Shown here in pieces: positions 13,801 to 26,517 of a stretch of 61,508 nucleotides of DNA. Numbering within the stretch: the first letter of the stretch is position 1; every line of letters starts with the position of its first letter. Both the position numbers and the translations under genes were made by a program. Origin of the DNA: Chiloscyllium plagiosum (lineage: Eukaryota); the NCBI RefSeq assembly GCF_004010195.1, contig NC_057719.1, forward strand, positions 12,439,448 through 12,500,955, given 5' to 3'. Below the pieces are notes generated by a model, which saw nothing but the letters and a program-made list of their open reading frames with translations, ran no database searches and was not told the origin of the DNA.

Positions 13801-16800
13801 TTTCCAATGTCTCAGGCTTAAAACATTCAGTGACATATGGTGTCAGTTTTGGAATTCAGCTCTTTGACCATGTTTGAACCAAAGGTGTAATGAGGTCAGG
13901 CACTCAGTGGTTCTGGCAGAACCTGATCTGGACAGGAGTAGGTTTTAAAGAGGAGAAAAGATAGGATTATGCTCAAGTGGAGCATAAACACTAACATGGA
14001 TTGGATTGCTGAACTACCTGTTCCTGTGCCATTTGTCTGACGTAATCACATATAGGGAGATGGGAAGCTAACTCTTTCCTATCCAGTATTTACAGACAGT
14101 TGCTACTTTGATGCTGCCTGATTTGCTGCGCTTTTCCAGCAACACATTTTTCAGCTCTGGATCTCCAGCATCTGCAGTCCTCACTTTCTCCTAGTTGCTA
14201 CAGAATACCCACTCGTACTTCGAGTCATAGAGATGTACAGCATGGAAACAGATCCTTCGGTCCAACTCATCCATGCCAACCAGATATCCCAACCCAATCT
14301 AGTCCCACCTGCCAGCACCTGGCCCATATCCCTCCAAACCCTTCCTATTCATATAGACATCCAAATGCCTCTTAAATGTTGCAATTGTACCAGCCTGCAC
14401 CACATCCTCTGCGTGAAAAAGTTGTCCCTTAGGTCTCTTTTATATCTTTTCCCTCTCACCCTAAACCTATGCCCTCTAGTTATGGACTTCCCCACCCCAG
14501 GGAAAAGACTTTGTCTATTTACCCTATCCATGCCCCTCATAATTTTGTAAACCTCTATAAGGTAACCCCTCAGCCTCCAACGCTCCAGGGAAAACGGCCT
14601 CAGCCTATTCAGCCTCTCCCTGTATTTGGGCGCCTCAAATCTCTGACTGATTTTGCCCTATTTTCCTTCACTATCACATCTGATTGTGAAGGAAAATGTA
14701 ACATTTTGAAGGAAACTCTAGTTTAGATATTTTGCTTTTATTGAAACAAAAATTAAGACAGTTATTTTAACTTCTAAGTAGCAATAATTCTCTTTACCAG
14801 ACTATTAATTACAAAGAGCTATCTGTAATAAATGCTAAAAGACATTTAGACATAAAATACACATATATTTGATACATGGCTCTATACATTTCTCCTTCTA
14901 ACAGAAAATTTTGTTTTTATGGAAAGCTCGATTTCTCTGTAATTCAGCATTCCCAAGCTGACGTTGCTTCATTTTGGTCTTATAAGTAGAAGACAGAAAG
15001 TTTGCAAAATAATGTGAAAGTGCAACCTCGGAGGCAGGGGTGGAGTGCGGCCAGTGGACATGCACCACAAGTAGGTTAGCTGTCTCAATAACAAGGGAGC
15101 ACGTTTGAAGGGCACTGCATATTAGTTTTCCTACAAGTAATATTAAAGTTCATCTTATATGTAGCACTTTCATTTTATGAGTATTATATCTCATAATTTA
15201 GACAGACTAATGACGACTAATCCATTGGAAAAGGTGTTCTTTTACCCAAAGAAATTGAGATTTACACAGTGGTATTAATACAGTTGGGAAAACCTTCACC
15301 TGTAAACTGTGAGGTCCAAGCTGAAGTAACAGATTTGGGTCTGCTGGATTTCTTCAGATCCTTTTTAACATTCAGCTCTGAATCAGTTAAACTTGTGAGT
15401 TCAATTGCAGAGCAGGAATTTCTCTCTGTCTTTCTGACAAACAAAAATAGTAATAATTCACAGTAAGTTTAAAAAAAAGAAATGGTTAGGTTTGTTTGAT
15501 ACTGATAGAGTTAGTTCAAAGACAATATAGATATCATAATATGTGGTTGTGCACACTTCGTATTATATGATTTAAGAAAAAGAACAGAGTCTGTATGAAA
15601 TCCAAGTCTAAAAATCCTAGGCAGAGTGTATAGAAGGACACTTCCAGAAATATGAGACAATTGTCTAACTGGCAGAAATTTTCCTTTCATTGATTTATCA
15701 CTAAGCAGTTTTATAATTTACCGCAGACATGTTTCAGGTCCAATTTTCCTTGCTTCTTTGACTGAAGGACAGTTATACATAAAGAGATAGTGAGGGAATA
15801 TAGATAAAACAAACTTGCAAAGTTTATATTCCACTACAGAAAAGACTATATTGTTTCCAATGTCTCAGAATTAAAACATTCGGTGACACATGTCAATTCA
15901 AACAGCAGTCTGTAAACAGTCACTGCAATTCCCACATGCTTTTATATAAGAACTGGTTCATGGCCACCATTCAGAAGTGCAAACCCACATCCACCCACCC
16001 TGGCACAGAGCATAGAACTCCAAAATGCTGCATCAACAAGATTGTATGAGGTCAGTTATTAGCAAAAATTATTTTGCTTCACAGATTACTAGTAGTTTTC
16101 AAATTGGCTAATCAGGATCATGGATGTTCAACAGCTCCTAAAGTGCGTATTTTTTTATTGAGATATTAACTAACTGTACGCATCCCCAATTTTAAATGTT
16201 CCACAGTTTGGCAGCCATTTTTTCAGATGGCTTGGCCCTAAGTTCTGAAATTCCCTTGAGCTAGCTACTTTTCTTGCCTTTTTTAAGAGGTGCCCTAAAA
16301 CTCTCGTATTTACTTAGCTAATTGTCCTAGTATGGCCTTCTGCAGCTTGATGCCAAAATGTGTTTTTAATTGATGATGCGGATGTTAAATGCGCTGCAAT
16401 GTTTGGATACATTAAAATTACGGCATAAATGCAGTTTGTTGTTGAATAACCAAGGTTCAACAAAAGGTGCTAAATTAGTGCATAAGAACTGAGGATCAAA
16501 ATTACCCCATTAACCAGGGTGGATTTATCTACTTAGATCACACAGACTCACCCAGATGAATGCAGTTTACAGTGATTATTCTTCACAGGAACTCGTTGTA
16601 CATTATTCATGAAAAACTTGTCTAGTTCTTCTGTTGATGCTAAACTTTTCATATTACTTTTATGTTCCGTGTTGCATTTGTTCTTCTGGAGCTCATAGTG
16701 CTCGCCCACAATCAGCAGCCTCTGCCTGCATGAGTTTTTTAAGGCCAAAAGGTCTTCATAGTACTGTTTTTCAAACAGTATTTGATCTTGTTCAAAATTC

Positions 16801-16805
16801 TCCAT
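1751..16805 (-). CDS. FAM161B: FAM161B (FAM161 centrosomal/ciliary protein B), 5' part; continues past left edge
   Basis: GT-AG exons 16552-16805, 15300-15433, 6531-6950, 3901-4238 and 1751-1878 splice in phase. Peptides SAWTSQFTVPQPFDMTMRE, ECQKKFRALPVPAHVYLQLYEE, EEELFRKIRIQMRA, PRINPDVPDY and TDAARKRHSAVR match human FAM161B as I recall it. Synteny with COQ6/ENTPD5. Confidence 0.92.
2808..3025 (+). mobile_element. tRNA-derived SINE
   Basis: A/B-box-like head (tagcttagttgg...gggttcaattcc) and (ttacct)n tail; related copy 46255-46470. Confidence 0.6.
3901..4238 (-). CDS. FAM161B: FAM161B exon
   Basis: EEELFRKIRIQMRAADLL...KLGFL...PDYVKLYKAFQR; donor AAG|gtaag. Confidence 0.93.
5011..5864 (+). 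mobile_element. Penelope-like element (Poseidon-like), RT C-terminus plus GIY-YIG, family B
   Basis: [49 protein letters not shown]; terminal hammerhead-like motif ~5792-5828. Confidence 0.88.
5877..5954 (+). repeat. 39-bp tandem duplication inside CR1
   Basis: tcttttccctgggatcaaggagtccagaactagaaggca x2. Confidence 0.9.
6531..6950 (-). CDS. FAM161B: FAM161B exon (UPF0564 region)
   Basis: ttgcag|TT CCT CAG CCA TTT...AAA G|gtaag; VPQPFDMTMRE...PVPAHVY. Confidence 0.93.
10065..11200 (-). mobile_element. Degenerate L2/CR1-clade LINE 3' region
   Basis: RT-like remnants (YKVQVR..M.F.PLA.M) and a 3' tail shared with SINE tails. Confidence 0.65.
12640..13313. mobile_element. Penelope-like element family B with inverted terminus
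   Basis: GIY-YIG ORF on the minus strand ([20 protein letters not shown]); inverted copy 13145-13313. Confidence 0.88.
13235..13274 (+). ncRNA. Minimal hammerhead ribozyme motif (family B)
   Basis: gca-CUGAUGA-u-GUC...GAC-GAAAC-GUU-ugc; stem I GCA/UGC. Confidence 0.65.
14222..14622 (-). mobile_element. CR1 3' fragment
   Basis: GMDRVNRQSLFP...RGHRFRVRG and (gactctat) tail. Confidence 0.85.
15300..15433 (-). CDS. FAM161B: FAM161B exon
   Basis: ttgtcag|A AAG ACA...TTT ACA G|gtgaag; phases fit both neighbours. Confidence 0.85.
16552..16805 (-). CDS. FAM161B: FAM161B first coding exon (acceptor probably ~16885)
   Basis: MENFEQ...YYEDLLALK...EELDKFF...HSSG; donor GG|gtgagt; ATG directly preceded by in-frame TAA. 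Confidence 0.7.
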
Positions 16806-17257
16806 TTAGTTTAGCTTTATTTGACCAGAGAGATCCAGTTATCAGAATTGCATTGTTGGAACTTGTCCTGCTCAGACATATCCTACTGAAAGATCATACA
16901 ACAATTATAATTTTATTGCAATCATTAAGAAGTAACGACATCAAAAATGTACCATGACTTGAACTTTCTAAGTAACAGTAGATTTTCTAAAGAGGTTCAT
17001 TTTCAGACACTAACTGACCTTTTTGTATGTTACTGGGAATTTCATACTTTTACTCTGGTAGGATTTAACGGAGTTCAAACTTTTGGCTTAACAATAAAAT
17101 GTATAATATTTGTAGTCTTTAGATTTGTAGTCATCAGTTACTTTGAGAGAGATCCTAAGCAAATTTAACAACTTAATCCAGATCTTCAATTTCCAAGACC
17201 TGTAATTAGTAGCATGTATCATTAGAAAGTACTTCTTTAAGCTCCAACTTTATCAGA

Positions 17258-17758
17258 TAGAGTCATAGAGATGTACAGCATGGAAACAGACCCTTCGGTC
17301 CAACCTGTCCATGCTGATCAGATATCCCAACCCAATCTAGACCCACCTGCCACCATCCAGCCCATATCCCTCCAATCCCTTCCTATTCATATAACCATCC
17401 AAATGCCTCTTTAATGTTGCAATTGTACCAGCCTCCACCACATCCTCTGGCAGCTCATTCCATACATGTACCACCCTCTGCGTGAAAAGGTTGCCCCTTA
17501 GGTCTCTTTTATATCTTTCCCCTCTCACCCTAAACCTATGCCCTCTAGTTCTGGACTCCTCCACCCCAGCCAAAATACTTGGTCTATTTATCCTATCCAT
17601 GCCCCTCATAATTTTGTAAATCTCTATAAGGTCACCCCTCAGCCTTCGACGCTCCAGGGAAAACAACCTCAGCTTGTTCAGCCTCTCCCTGTAGCTCAGA
17701 TCCTCCAACCCTGGCAACATCCTTGTAAATCTTTTCTGAACCTTTTCAAGTTTCACAT
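17258..17758 (-). mobile_element. CR1 3' fragment
   Basis: LEKVQKRFTRMLPGL...RGDLIEIYKIM. Confidence 0.88.
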
Positions 17759-18124
17759 AGATACATTTGGTAGTTTAGTGGATATATGACTGGACCTCCA
17801 CATCAGAGGACAGGTGTTTGATTTCCAGTATACAACGTTGTCTGCTCATTAGTCGGCTGGTGCTAGAATAAAATGGCTATAAAAATTGTTGCAAAAATTC
17901 AGAGAAAAGTTCTACCATTATCTACTTTTTTTCTGGCAAAGATCAAACTTCAGTCCCACATTTCAGGGGGCCAAGTGTTGGACAATAATGACCAGTGTCA
18001 CCCACATCTCAATTATTGAAATAAGAAAAGTATTTTTAAATTAAATCTCTATGTTAAGAAAAAGTCAGTTTTTCTCTTATCAAGAGAACATCATAAAGCT
18101 ACCTGTTTCTATTTGCATTACCTA

Positions 18125-18830
18125 ACCATCATAAAGTGGTTTCTCTCCAAATGTAGAGGAGACCATGTTGGGGAAACAAAGCCGTGGACTGGGTGATCAC
18201 TTTGCAGAACACCTACATTTTTAGCTACAAAAAAGACCGAGCTTCCAGTTTCCTGCTACTTCAACACACCACCTTGTTTCCTCGCCAATAGCAGCACCTC
18301 ACTTTCTGCTTGGGAACTCTACAGCCTTTTGAACTCAATATTGAGGTCAACAATTTGAGAGCTTAAAGCACCATTTCCCCTTACCCCAACCTCCCCCACC
18401 CCATCCACCCACATCAGGGTTTATTCTCACATGGTCTGCTGTTACACACAGCTGAACATGTGTTGCTGGAAAAGCGCAGCAGGTCAGGCAGCATCCAAGG
18501 AACAGGAGAATCGACGTTTCGGGCATAAGCCCTTCTTCAGGATTCCATTTCAGCTCTGATCTCCAGCATCTGCAGTCCTCACTTTCTCCTGCTGTTACAC
18601 ACAACCCATTGTTACGTACTAAAAGAGTAGTTCATTCTCCTAGGCTGATCGCTATCCACTCCTTTGTTTGTTCAATTGTTCTCTCTCTTCCTAGCTTCTG
18701 AGGAAGAATCACTGACCTGAAGCATTAACTTCAATTTTACTCCACAGATGCTGCCAGACCTGCTGGAGTTTTTCCAGCAATTTCTGTTTTTGTTTCTGAT
18801 TTCAAGTATCCACAGTTCTTTCAATTTTTA
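18125..18830 (+). mobile_element. Degenerate Neptune-like PLE 3' part with a family A insertion (18453-18590)
   Basis: GIY-YIG-like remnant (..GETK..LGDHFAEHL); family C terminus 18697-18830; insertion flanked by ctgctgttacacaca duplication. Confidence 0.6.
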
Positions 18831-19849
18831 CTTTGTATAGCGGTATAGGTTTTACACCTCTTTAATATTTTCCTTGCAAGTTTGCCCATTGCATCTTTGC
18901 AATAGACTATTTCCATGGCTGCAAAGATGGAATTTGAACTCATGGCTCTGGACTAGTCCCGTAAACAAATTAAATACGCCACCATTCACCATCACATAAA
19001 TAAATGAATACTAAACAAAATAGTGCAGATGTAAGAAAACTGAAAAGAGTGAAAAATGCTGTAAACACTCAAATGTCAGGCAGATGCTACAGACAATACA
19101 GATTGACAACCATTTATCAGAACTTGAATTGAATTGAATTTATTGTTATGGGTACCGAGGCACAGTGAAAAGCTTTGTCTTGCGAGCAATACAGCCACAT
19201 CACATAGTTAAGTAGCATAGATAGTAAATAATATATAAACAGCAGCAAAAGCAAAAACACAGGTACAGGAAAATATATTAGGAGATGGAACAAGTTTTAA
19301 GCAAGGCGGGGGGCGGAGCTCAGAGAAACAATGAAGGAGCAAAATAACAAAAAGGGGCGGGAGGGGTGCAGGGTAACAAAAACAAGAGCTAATAAAAAGG
19401 GAAGATCTGTTCTTGTTAAAAAAGGCACTGATAATGCCGAGTACTTTCCACAATAGGGATCTTCCTCCACAGATACTACCCGTTGAGCGTTTTCTCTATT
19501 TTTTTTCCATGAGCGATAAGAATAAACTTCTTCAGCCAGGGAGCTGTGGAAGCCAGGTCATTGAGTATTTTGAAGACAGAGCTAGTTAGGTTCTTGAGTG
19601 TCAAGGGGATCAAGGATTGCGGGGAGAAAGCGGGAGAATGGAGTCGGGAAACACTCATCAGCGATGATCGAATGGCGGAGCAGACTCGATGGGCTGAATG
19701 GCCTAATTTCTGCTCCTATGGTCCAAGCAGTTCTGGTCAGGTTTATTCCTCCTCCGCCAGTAACGTGTATACCATCAACTCACGGCTAGGAGTGATACTG
19801 ATTTGGGCCCACACTGAATAAAGCCACAAGCGAGCCCGGCAGCGGCACA

Positions 19850-19863
19850 GTTACCATGGTAAC
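19850..19863. promoter_or_regulatory. RFX X-box GTTACCATGGTAAC
   Basis: Perfect 14-bp palindromic RFX consensus next to the first exon of a cilia-related gene. Confidence 0.8.
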
Positions 19864-19953
19864 CAGAGTTAGCACAAACCAGCAGGCCTGAGGCCTAGCA
19901 GAGGCTGACACAGACTGGCTCGGCCAAATTTAAAAAAAAAATCGACAAAATAC

Positions 19954-20200
19954 CTCAGCAGTCGGGTCTCGGTGAGCTCCACCAAGCACCTAGCCGTGTC
20001 CCCGTGATATTTAGCTGTGAAATGTCGGGGTGGTTATTGACATTGCTCCGGGGTTAATGGCCCCCAACTTTAAGGCCTCTCCGGCCCTGACAAGGTAAAG
20101 AATTATTCAGGAATGACGAACCCGACGGCGCCGACATCGTTCTTTCTTTCTTCCAAAAAGAAAGACGCAAGAGAAAATCATTTTTGAAGGTTCAGAACAA
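19954..20200 (-). other. FAM161B: Probable non-coding first exon of FAM161B
   Basis: CpG-rich region with donor GAG|gtattt at 19953; all three frames contain stops upstream of the donor; 5' boundary uncertain. Confidence 0.45.
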
Positions 20201-20561
20201 ACCAAACGCACCCAAGGGGTTCACAGGATCCGCCGCCCGTGCCGCTGATTCGTGCGAATGCGGCGCCTGGACGCGTGCCGATTGTGCGCTGCGTATGTCG
20301 ATCATCGCCCAGGGCCCGCCCTCCACCAATGGGTGCCGCAAGACGACCGTCGCTGTCTGTGATTGGTTCATCCCTTCCACATGCGCCCGCCCTCTCCCAT
20401 TCATGCATTGTTACAGTGCAGCCTCGGTACGCAGTAGCGAGAGAAACACACAGGGGTCACTGGACTCGAAATGCTAACTCCTGTGTTTTCTTCACAAATG
20501 CTGCAATTTCCTGTCCTTGTTTACTTCAAACATTTTTAAAGTCTGGCTACTGTTGTAAAAC

Positions 20562-20750
20562 AGGGGAAGGTGAGGACTGCAGATCAGAGTCGAAAAGTGT
20601 GGCGCTGGAAAAGCACTGCAGGTCAGCAGGCAACATCCAAGGAGCAGGAGAGTCGACGTTCCGGGGAAGGGCTTATGTCCAAAACATCGATTCTCGTCCT
20701 CCTGGGATGCTGCCTGACCTGTTGTACTTTCCAGCGCTACACTGTTCGAC
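20562..20750. mobile_element. Palindromic family A element
   Basis: Inverted arms; duplication ACTGTTGTAAAACAG at both ends. Confidence 0.75.
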
Positions 20751-21824
20751 TGTTGTAAAACAGTCAATTTGCACACAGCATAGCTACCCACAAATTTGTA
20801 ATTCCATCCCTCCAAATTCGAAGAGCGCCCTGACTTGGAAATACAGTAATTTGCCTGCATTTCAGAAACGTTTTGGGCTTTTCCGCTAAAAACCTGTAAC
20901 AGTTCTAACGTTTTCAAATTCTAATGAAAAGTCATTAACCTCAAATGTTACATTGGTTCTCTCTCGCAACAAATGTTGCTTGACCCGAAACATAGAAAAT
21001 ATGATATAAAAGGTGGTTATGTCAGTACCATCTGGGCCAACCTGCTAAGTATTTCCAAAATTTTCTATTTTTTTAATTACATACAGCATTCACAGCATTT
21101 TTCTTTTTGTGTACTAAGTGAATTAATAATTGGATAGAGAAGAGGGATAGTGCTCATGTAGATGGGTCCTTTTGTGTTGTTAATATTATTCAAATGGATT
21201 TAATAGCAGAACATTTAGAAATACTGATGTGATCAAGAAAACTCAGCATGGCTTTTCGAAGGGGAAATCGTGCTTGCCAGTGGATGTAATATACTTTCAT
21301 TTTCGGAGGCATTTGATAATGTACCACGTTAGGCGACCTATGATATTAAAGGTAGTATATTAGATTGAATAGTGGATTGGAGAAGAGAAAGAGGGTTAAG
21401 AGCGGCATTTTCGGCAAGGCAACCTGAAACTAGTGGAATACCACAGGGATCAGTACTGGGGGTCACAATTATTTAAAATATATATTAATGACTTGGATAA
21501 AGAAAGTGATTGTACTATAGCCAATTTTGTGGCCAGCACAAAGTAAGTGGGAAGGCAAATGATGAGGATATTTCAAAGGGTCTACAGAGGGACATAGACA
21601 GGCTAAATAAGTAGGTAAAGATTTAGTGGATGGAATATAATGTGGGAAAATGTGAGGTTATGCAATTTGACAGAAAGAATAGAGGAGTTGAATGTTTGTA
21701 AATTGAGAAAGCTACAATATAGAGGAAATTGGGAGTCCTTGTGCACAAATCAACAAAGCTAGTTTACGAGTTCTGCAGGTAATAAGGAAGGCAAATGGAA
21801 TACTGGCTTTTATTTCATACTATT

Positions 21825-23320
21825 CCTATAGCATGGGAAATGCAAGCCATTCAGCCCACAAGAACCATCTGAAGAACTTTCCCTCTACCCAATCCCTGAA
21901 ACCCTGCATTTCCCATGGCTAACCCAGCTGCACATCTCTGGCCACTATGGACAATTTAAGCATCATCAATCCACCTAGCCTGCATGTAGTCATAGAGTCA
22001 TAGAGATGTACAGCATGGAAACAGACCCTTTGGTCCAACCTGTCCATGCCGATCAGATATCACAACCCAATCTAGTCCCACCTGCCAGCACCCGGCCCAT
22101 ATCCCTCCAAACCCTTCCTATTCAAATACCCATCCAAATGCCTCTTAAATGTTGCTATTGTATCAGCCTCCACCACTTCCTCTGGCAGCTCATTCCATAC
22201 ATGTATCACCTTCTGCATGAAAAAGTTGCCCCCTATGCCCTCTAGTTCTGGACTCCCCGAACCCAGAGAAAAGACTGCCTATTTACCCTATCCATGCCCC
22301 TCATAATTTTGTAAATTTCTATAAGGTCACCTCCTAGCCTCTGACGCTCCAGGGAAAACAGCCCCAAACTGTTCAGGCTCTCCCTATAGCTCTAATCCTC
22401 CAACCCTGACAACATCCTAGTAAATCTTTTCTGAACCCTTTCAAGTTTCACAACATCTTTCCGATAGGAAGGAGACCAGAATTGCACGCAATATTCCAAC
22501 AGTGGCCTAACCAATATCCTGTACAGCTGCAACATGACCTCCCAACTCCTGACCTCAACACTCTGACCAATAAAGGAAAGCATACCAAACGCCTTCTTCA
22601 CTATCCTATCTATCTGCGACTCCAATTTCAAGGAGCTATGAACCTGCACTCCAAGGTCTCTTTGTTCAGCAACACTCCCTAGGACCTTACCATTAAGTGT
22701 ATACATCCCGCTAAGATTTGCTTTCCCAAAATGCAGCACCTTGCATTTATCTGAATTAAACTCCATCTGACACTTCTCTACCCCTTGGCCCATCTGGTCA
22801 AGATCTTGTTGTAATCTGAGGTAACCCTCTTCACTGTCCACTACACCTCCAATTTTAGTGTCATCTGCAAACTTACTAACTGTACCTCTTATGCTCGCAT
22901 CCAAATCATTTATGCAAATGACAAAAAGCAGAGGACCCAACACCGATCCTTGTTGCACTCCACTGGTCACAGGCCTCCAGTCTGAAAAACAACCCTCCAC
23001 CACCACCCTCTGCCTTCTACCTTTGAGCCAGTTCTGTATCCGCTGTATTCTGTGAGATCTAACTTTGCTAATCAGTCTCCCATGGGGAACCTTGTCGAAT
23101 GCCTTACTGAAGTCCATATAAATGACACCTACAGCTCTGCCCTCATCAATCCTCTTTGTTACTTCTTTGGACTGTGGGAGGAAACCAGAGAGCCCAGAGA
23201 AACCCATACAGACACAGGAAAAAGTGCAAACTCCACACAGACAGTTGCCCAAGGGTGGAATTGAACCCAGGTCTTGGGTGCTGAGAAGCACCAGTGCAAA
23301 ACTCTGAGCCACTGTGTTAC
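21825..23320 (-). mobile_element. HE1/V-SINE-like element split by CR1 (21990-23165)
   Basis: cctgcatgt | ctttggactgtgggaggaaacc halves; tRNA-like head near 23320. Confidence 0.7.
21990..23165 (-). mobile_element. CR1 LINE RT 3' part
   Basis: YMDFSKAFDKVPH, GVQQGSVLGPLLF, KFADDTK. Confidence 0.9.
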
Positions 23321-23389
23321 CAACAGGAAAGGAGTCTAAAACAGGGATGCCTTGCTCAAACTGTATAAGGCAGTAGTCAGAACACTATT

Positions 23390-25900
23390 ATCTAATGAAA
23401 GATAAGACCATAATACTTAGGAGTGGAAGTAAGGCATTCACAGCCCATTGAGTCCACTCCGCCGGTTAATCATGGCTAATGGGCATTTCAACTCCACTTA
23501 CCCGCATTCTCCCCATAGCCCTTAAATCCTTGCGAGATCAAGAATTTATCAATCTCTGTCTTGAAGACATTCAATGACCTTCACTGCACTCCATGGCAAT
23601 GAATTCCACAATCCCATAACTCTCTGGCTGAAGAAATGTTTCCTCATTTCCGTTCTAAATTGACCCCTACTAATTCTAAGGCCGTGCCCACAGGTCCTAG
23701 TCTCCCTGTCTAATGGAAACAAATTTCCAGCGTTCATCCTTTCTAAGCCATGCATTATCTTGTAAGTTTCTATTAGATCTTCCTCCCCCACAACCTTCTA
23801 AACTCTAATGAATACAATCCCAGGATCCTCAGCCGTTCATCATACGTTAGGCCTACCATTCCAGCGATCATCTGTGTGAATATATGCTGGACCCATTCCA
23901 GTGCCAATATGCCCTTCCTGAGGTGTAAGGCCCAAAATTGGACACTGTATTCTAAATGGGATCTAACTAGAGCTTTATAAAGTCTCAGAAGCACATCACT
24001 ACTTTTATATTCAAACCCTCTTGAGATAAATGACAACATTACATTTGTTTTCTTAATCACAGACTCAACCTTCAAGTTAACCTTTAGAGAATCCTGGACT
24101 AGCAATCCCAGATCCCTTTATAAATTTTCTCTTCGTTTAGAAAATAGTCCATGCCTGTATTCTTTTTTCCAAAGTGCAAGACCTTGCATTTTCTCACTTT
24201 GAATTTCATTAGCCATTTCTTGGTTCATTCTCCTAAACTGTCTAAATCTTCCTGCAGCCTCTCCACCTCCTTAGTACTACCTGGCTGTCCACCTAACTTC
24301 ATATCATCAGCAAACTTCGCCAGAATGCCCCAGTCCCTTTATCCAGATCGTTAATATATAAAGTGAACAGCTGCAGCCCCAACACAGAACCCTGCAGAAC
24401 ATCAACCCGGCTGCCATTCTGAAAAAGAACCTATTATCCCAACTCTCTGCCTACTGTCAGACAGCCAAACCTCAATCCATGCCAGTAGCTCACCTCGAGC
24501 AACATGGTTTCTCACCTTACTCAGCAGCCTCCCGTGAGGCACCTTATCAAAGGCCTTTTGGAAGTCTAGATACATAACATCCACTGTGTTTCCTTGATCT
24601 AACCTATTTGTTACCTCTTAAAAGAATTCTAACAGGTTTGTCAGGCACGACCTCCCCTTACTAAATCCATACTGACTTGTTCTAATCCAATCCTGCACTT
24701 CCAAGAATTTAGAAATCTCATCCTTAACAATAGATTCTAGAATTTTACCAACAACCGAGGTTAGGCTAATTGGCCTATAATTTTCCATCTTTTGTCTTGA
24801 TCCTTTCTTGAACAAGGGGGTTACAACAGTGATTTTCCAATCATCTGGGACTTCCTCTGACTCCAGTGACCTTTGAAAGATCACAAGCAATGCCTCTGAT
24901 ATTTCCTCAGCCACCTCCCATAGAACTGTATAATGTAGCCCACTGGGGCCAAGAGATTTATCAATTTTTAGCCCTTTTAGCTTTTCTCTTTTGTAATGGC
25001 TACCATACTCAACTCTGCCCCTGACTCTCCTTAATTGTTGGGATATTACTCATGTCTTCCACTGAAGACTGACACAAAGTACTTAATAAGGTCTTCAGCT
25101 ATTTCCTTATCTCCCATCACTAGCCTTCCAGCATCAATTTGGAGTAGCCCAATGTCTACTTTTGCTTCTCATTTGTTTCTTATGTATTGAAGGAAATATT
25201 TACTATCATTTCTTATATTACAGGCTAGCCTACCTTCATATTTTATCCTCTCCTTCCTTATTTCTCTATTATCCTGTTTGTTTTTGTAGCCATCCCAATC
25301 TTCTGATTTCCCAGTGCCCTTGGCCACTTTATAGGATCTCTCTTTTCCTTTGATACATTTCCTGACTTCCTTTGTCAGTCATGGCTGTCTAATCATCCCC
25401 CGGATAATCTTTCTTTTCTTTGGGATGAACCTCTGTACAATGTCCTCAATTACACCCAGAAACACCTGCCATTGTTGCTCTACTATCTTCCCGCTAGGCT
25501 CTGCTTTCAGTCGATTTTCATCAGTTCATTTTTCATGCCCATGTAATTACCTTTATTTAACTGTAACACCATTACATCTGATTTTGCCTTCTCTCTTTCA
25601 AACTGCAGACTGAACTCTACCATATTATGTTCTCTCCCTCCTAAGTGTTCCCTTACTTTAAGATTTTTTATAAAGTCAGGCTCATTACATTGTACTAAGT
25701 CCAGAATAGCCTGCTCCCTTGTGGACTTCATCACAAGCTGTTCCAAAAAGCCATCCTGTAAGCATTCCATGAATTCCCTTTCTTTGGATTCATCGGCAAT
25801 ATTATTCACCCAGTCCACATGCATATTGAAGTTCCCCATGATCACTGTGAACTTGCCTTTCTGACATGCCCTATCTATTTCCCAGTACCTCTTGCGCCCG
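23390..25900 (-). mobile_element. CR1 LINE ORF2 (endonuclease plus RT), degenerate
   Basis: MGNFNMHVDW, NYRPISLTSVVGK, YLDFQKAFDKVPH. Confidence 0.9.
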
Positions 25901-26329
25901 ATATACTGACACCAGAGACAGTGTACAGATGAACTGTCTTATGGAGTTTGGCTGAGTAAATTGGATCTATCCTCACCGGCGTTTAGAAGAATGAGAGACA
26001 ACCTTGACAGGATAAATGCAGAAATGTTGTTTCCCCTTGTGAGATAGTCCAGGACCAGAGGTCTTAATCTCAGAATAGCTTAATCTCTGTTTAAAATAGA
26101 GATGAGGGGAGTTTCATCTCCCAGAGGGTAACGAATATGTGGAATTCTTTACCACAGATGTCTGTTGAGGGTGAGTGCTCAAGGCTGAAACAAAGATATT
26201 TTAAAATCTTTTTGAAAAATAAAATCAAGGGTTGTCGAAAAAGGCAGGAAAGTAGAGTTAAGGATTGTCGAATCAACTAGGATATAATTAAATCGAGGAG
26301 CAGAATCCACAAACAGAATCATTAAATTA

Positions 26330-26517
26330 TTAATAAAAACTGAAAGAACTGCAAATGCTGTAAAGCAGAGACAAAAACCTAAGTTGCTGGAAAAGCTCAA
26401 CAGGCCTGTGGGACCCATTCTATTGTAAGGTCACCGGACTCGAAACATTAACTTTGATTTCTCTGCACAGATGCTGCCAGACCTGCTGAGCTTTTCTTGC
26501 AACTTCTGTTTTTGTTG
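26330..26517. mobile_element. Inverted family C PLE-terminus element
   Basis: Inverted arms; duplication ttaaattattaat. Confidence 0.65.

Larger units (their letters stand above)
19830..20440 (-). promoter_or_regulatory. FAM161B CpG-island promoter
   Basis: High CpG density, CCAAT boxes (~20326 and ~20362), GC box cgcccgccct (~20384). Confidence 0.7.
21130..26310 (+). mobile_element. Old CR1 LINE fragmented by later insertions
   Basis: Collinear RT pieces at 21130-21820, 23322-23386 and 25901-26310. Confidence 0.7.

Noticed and set aside
22392..23312. 306-aa RT ORF as an active element or retron-like system
   Set aside because: Truncated CR1 RT read in from SINE sequence, with an internal deletion.
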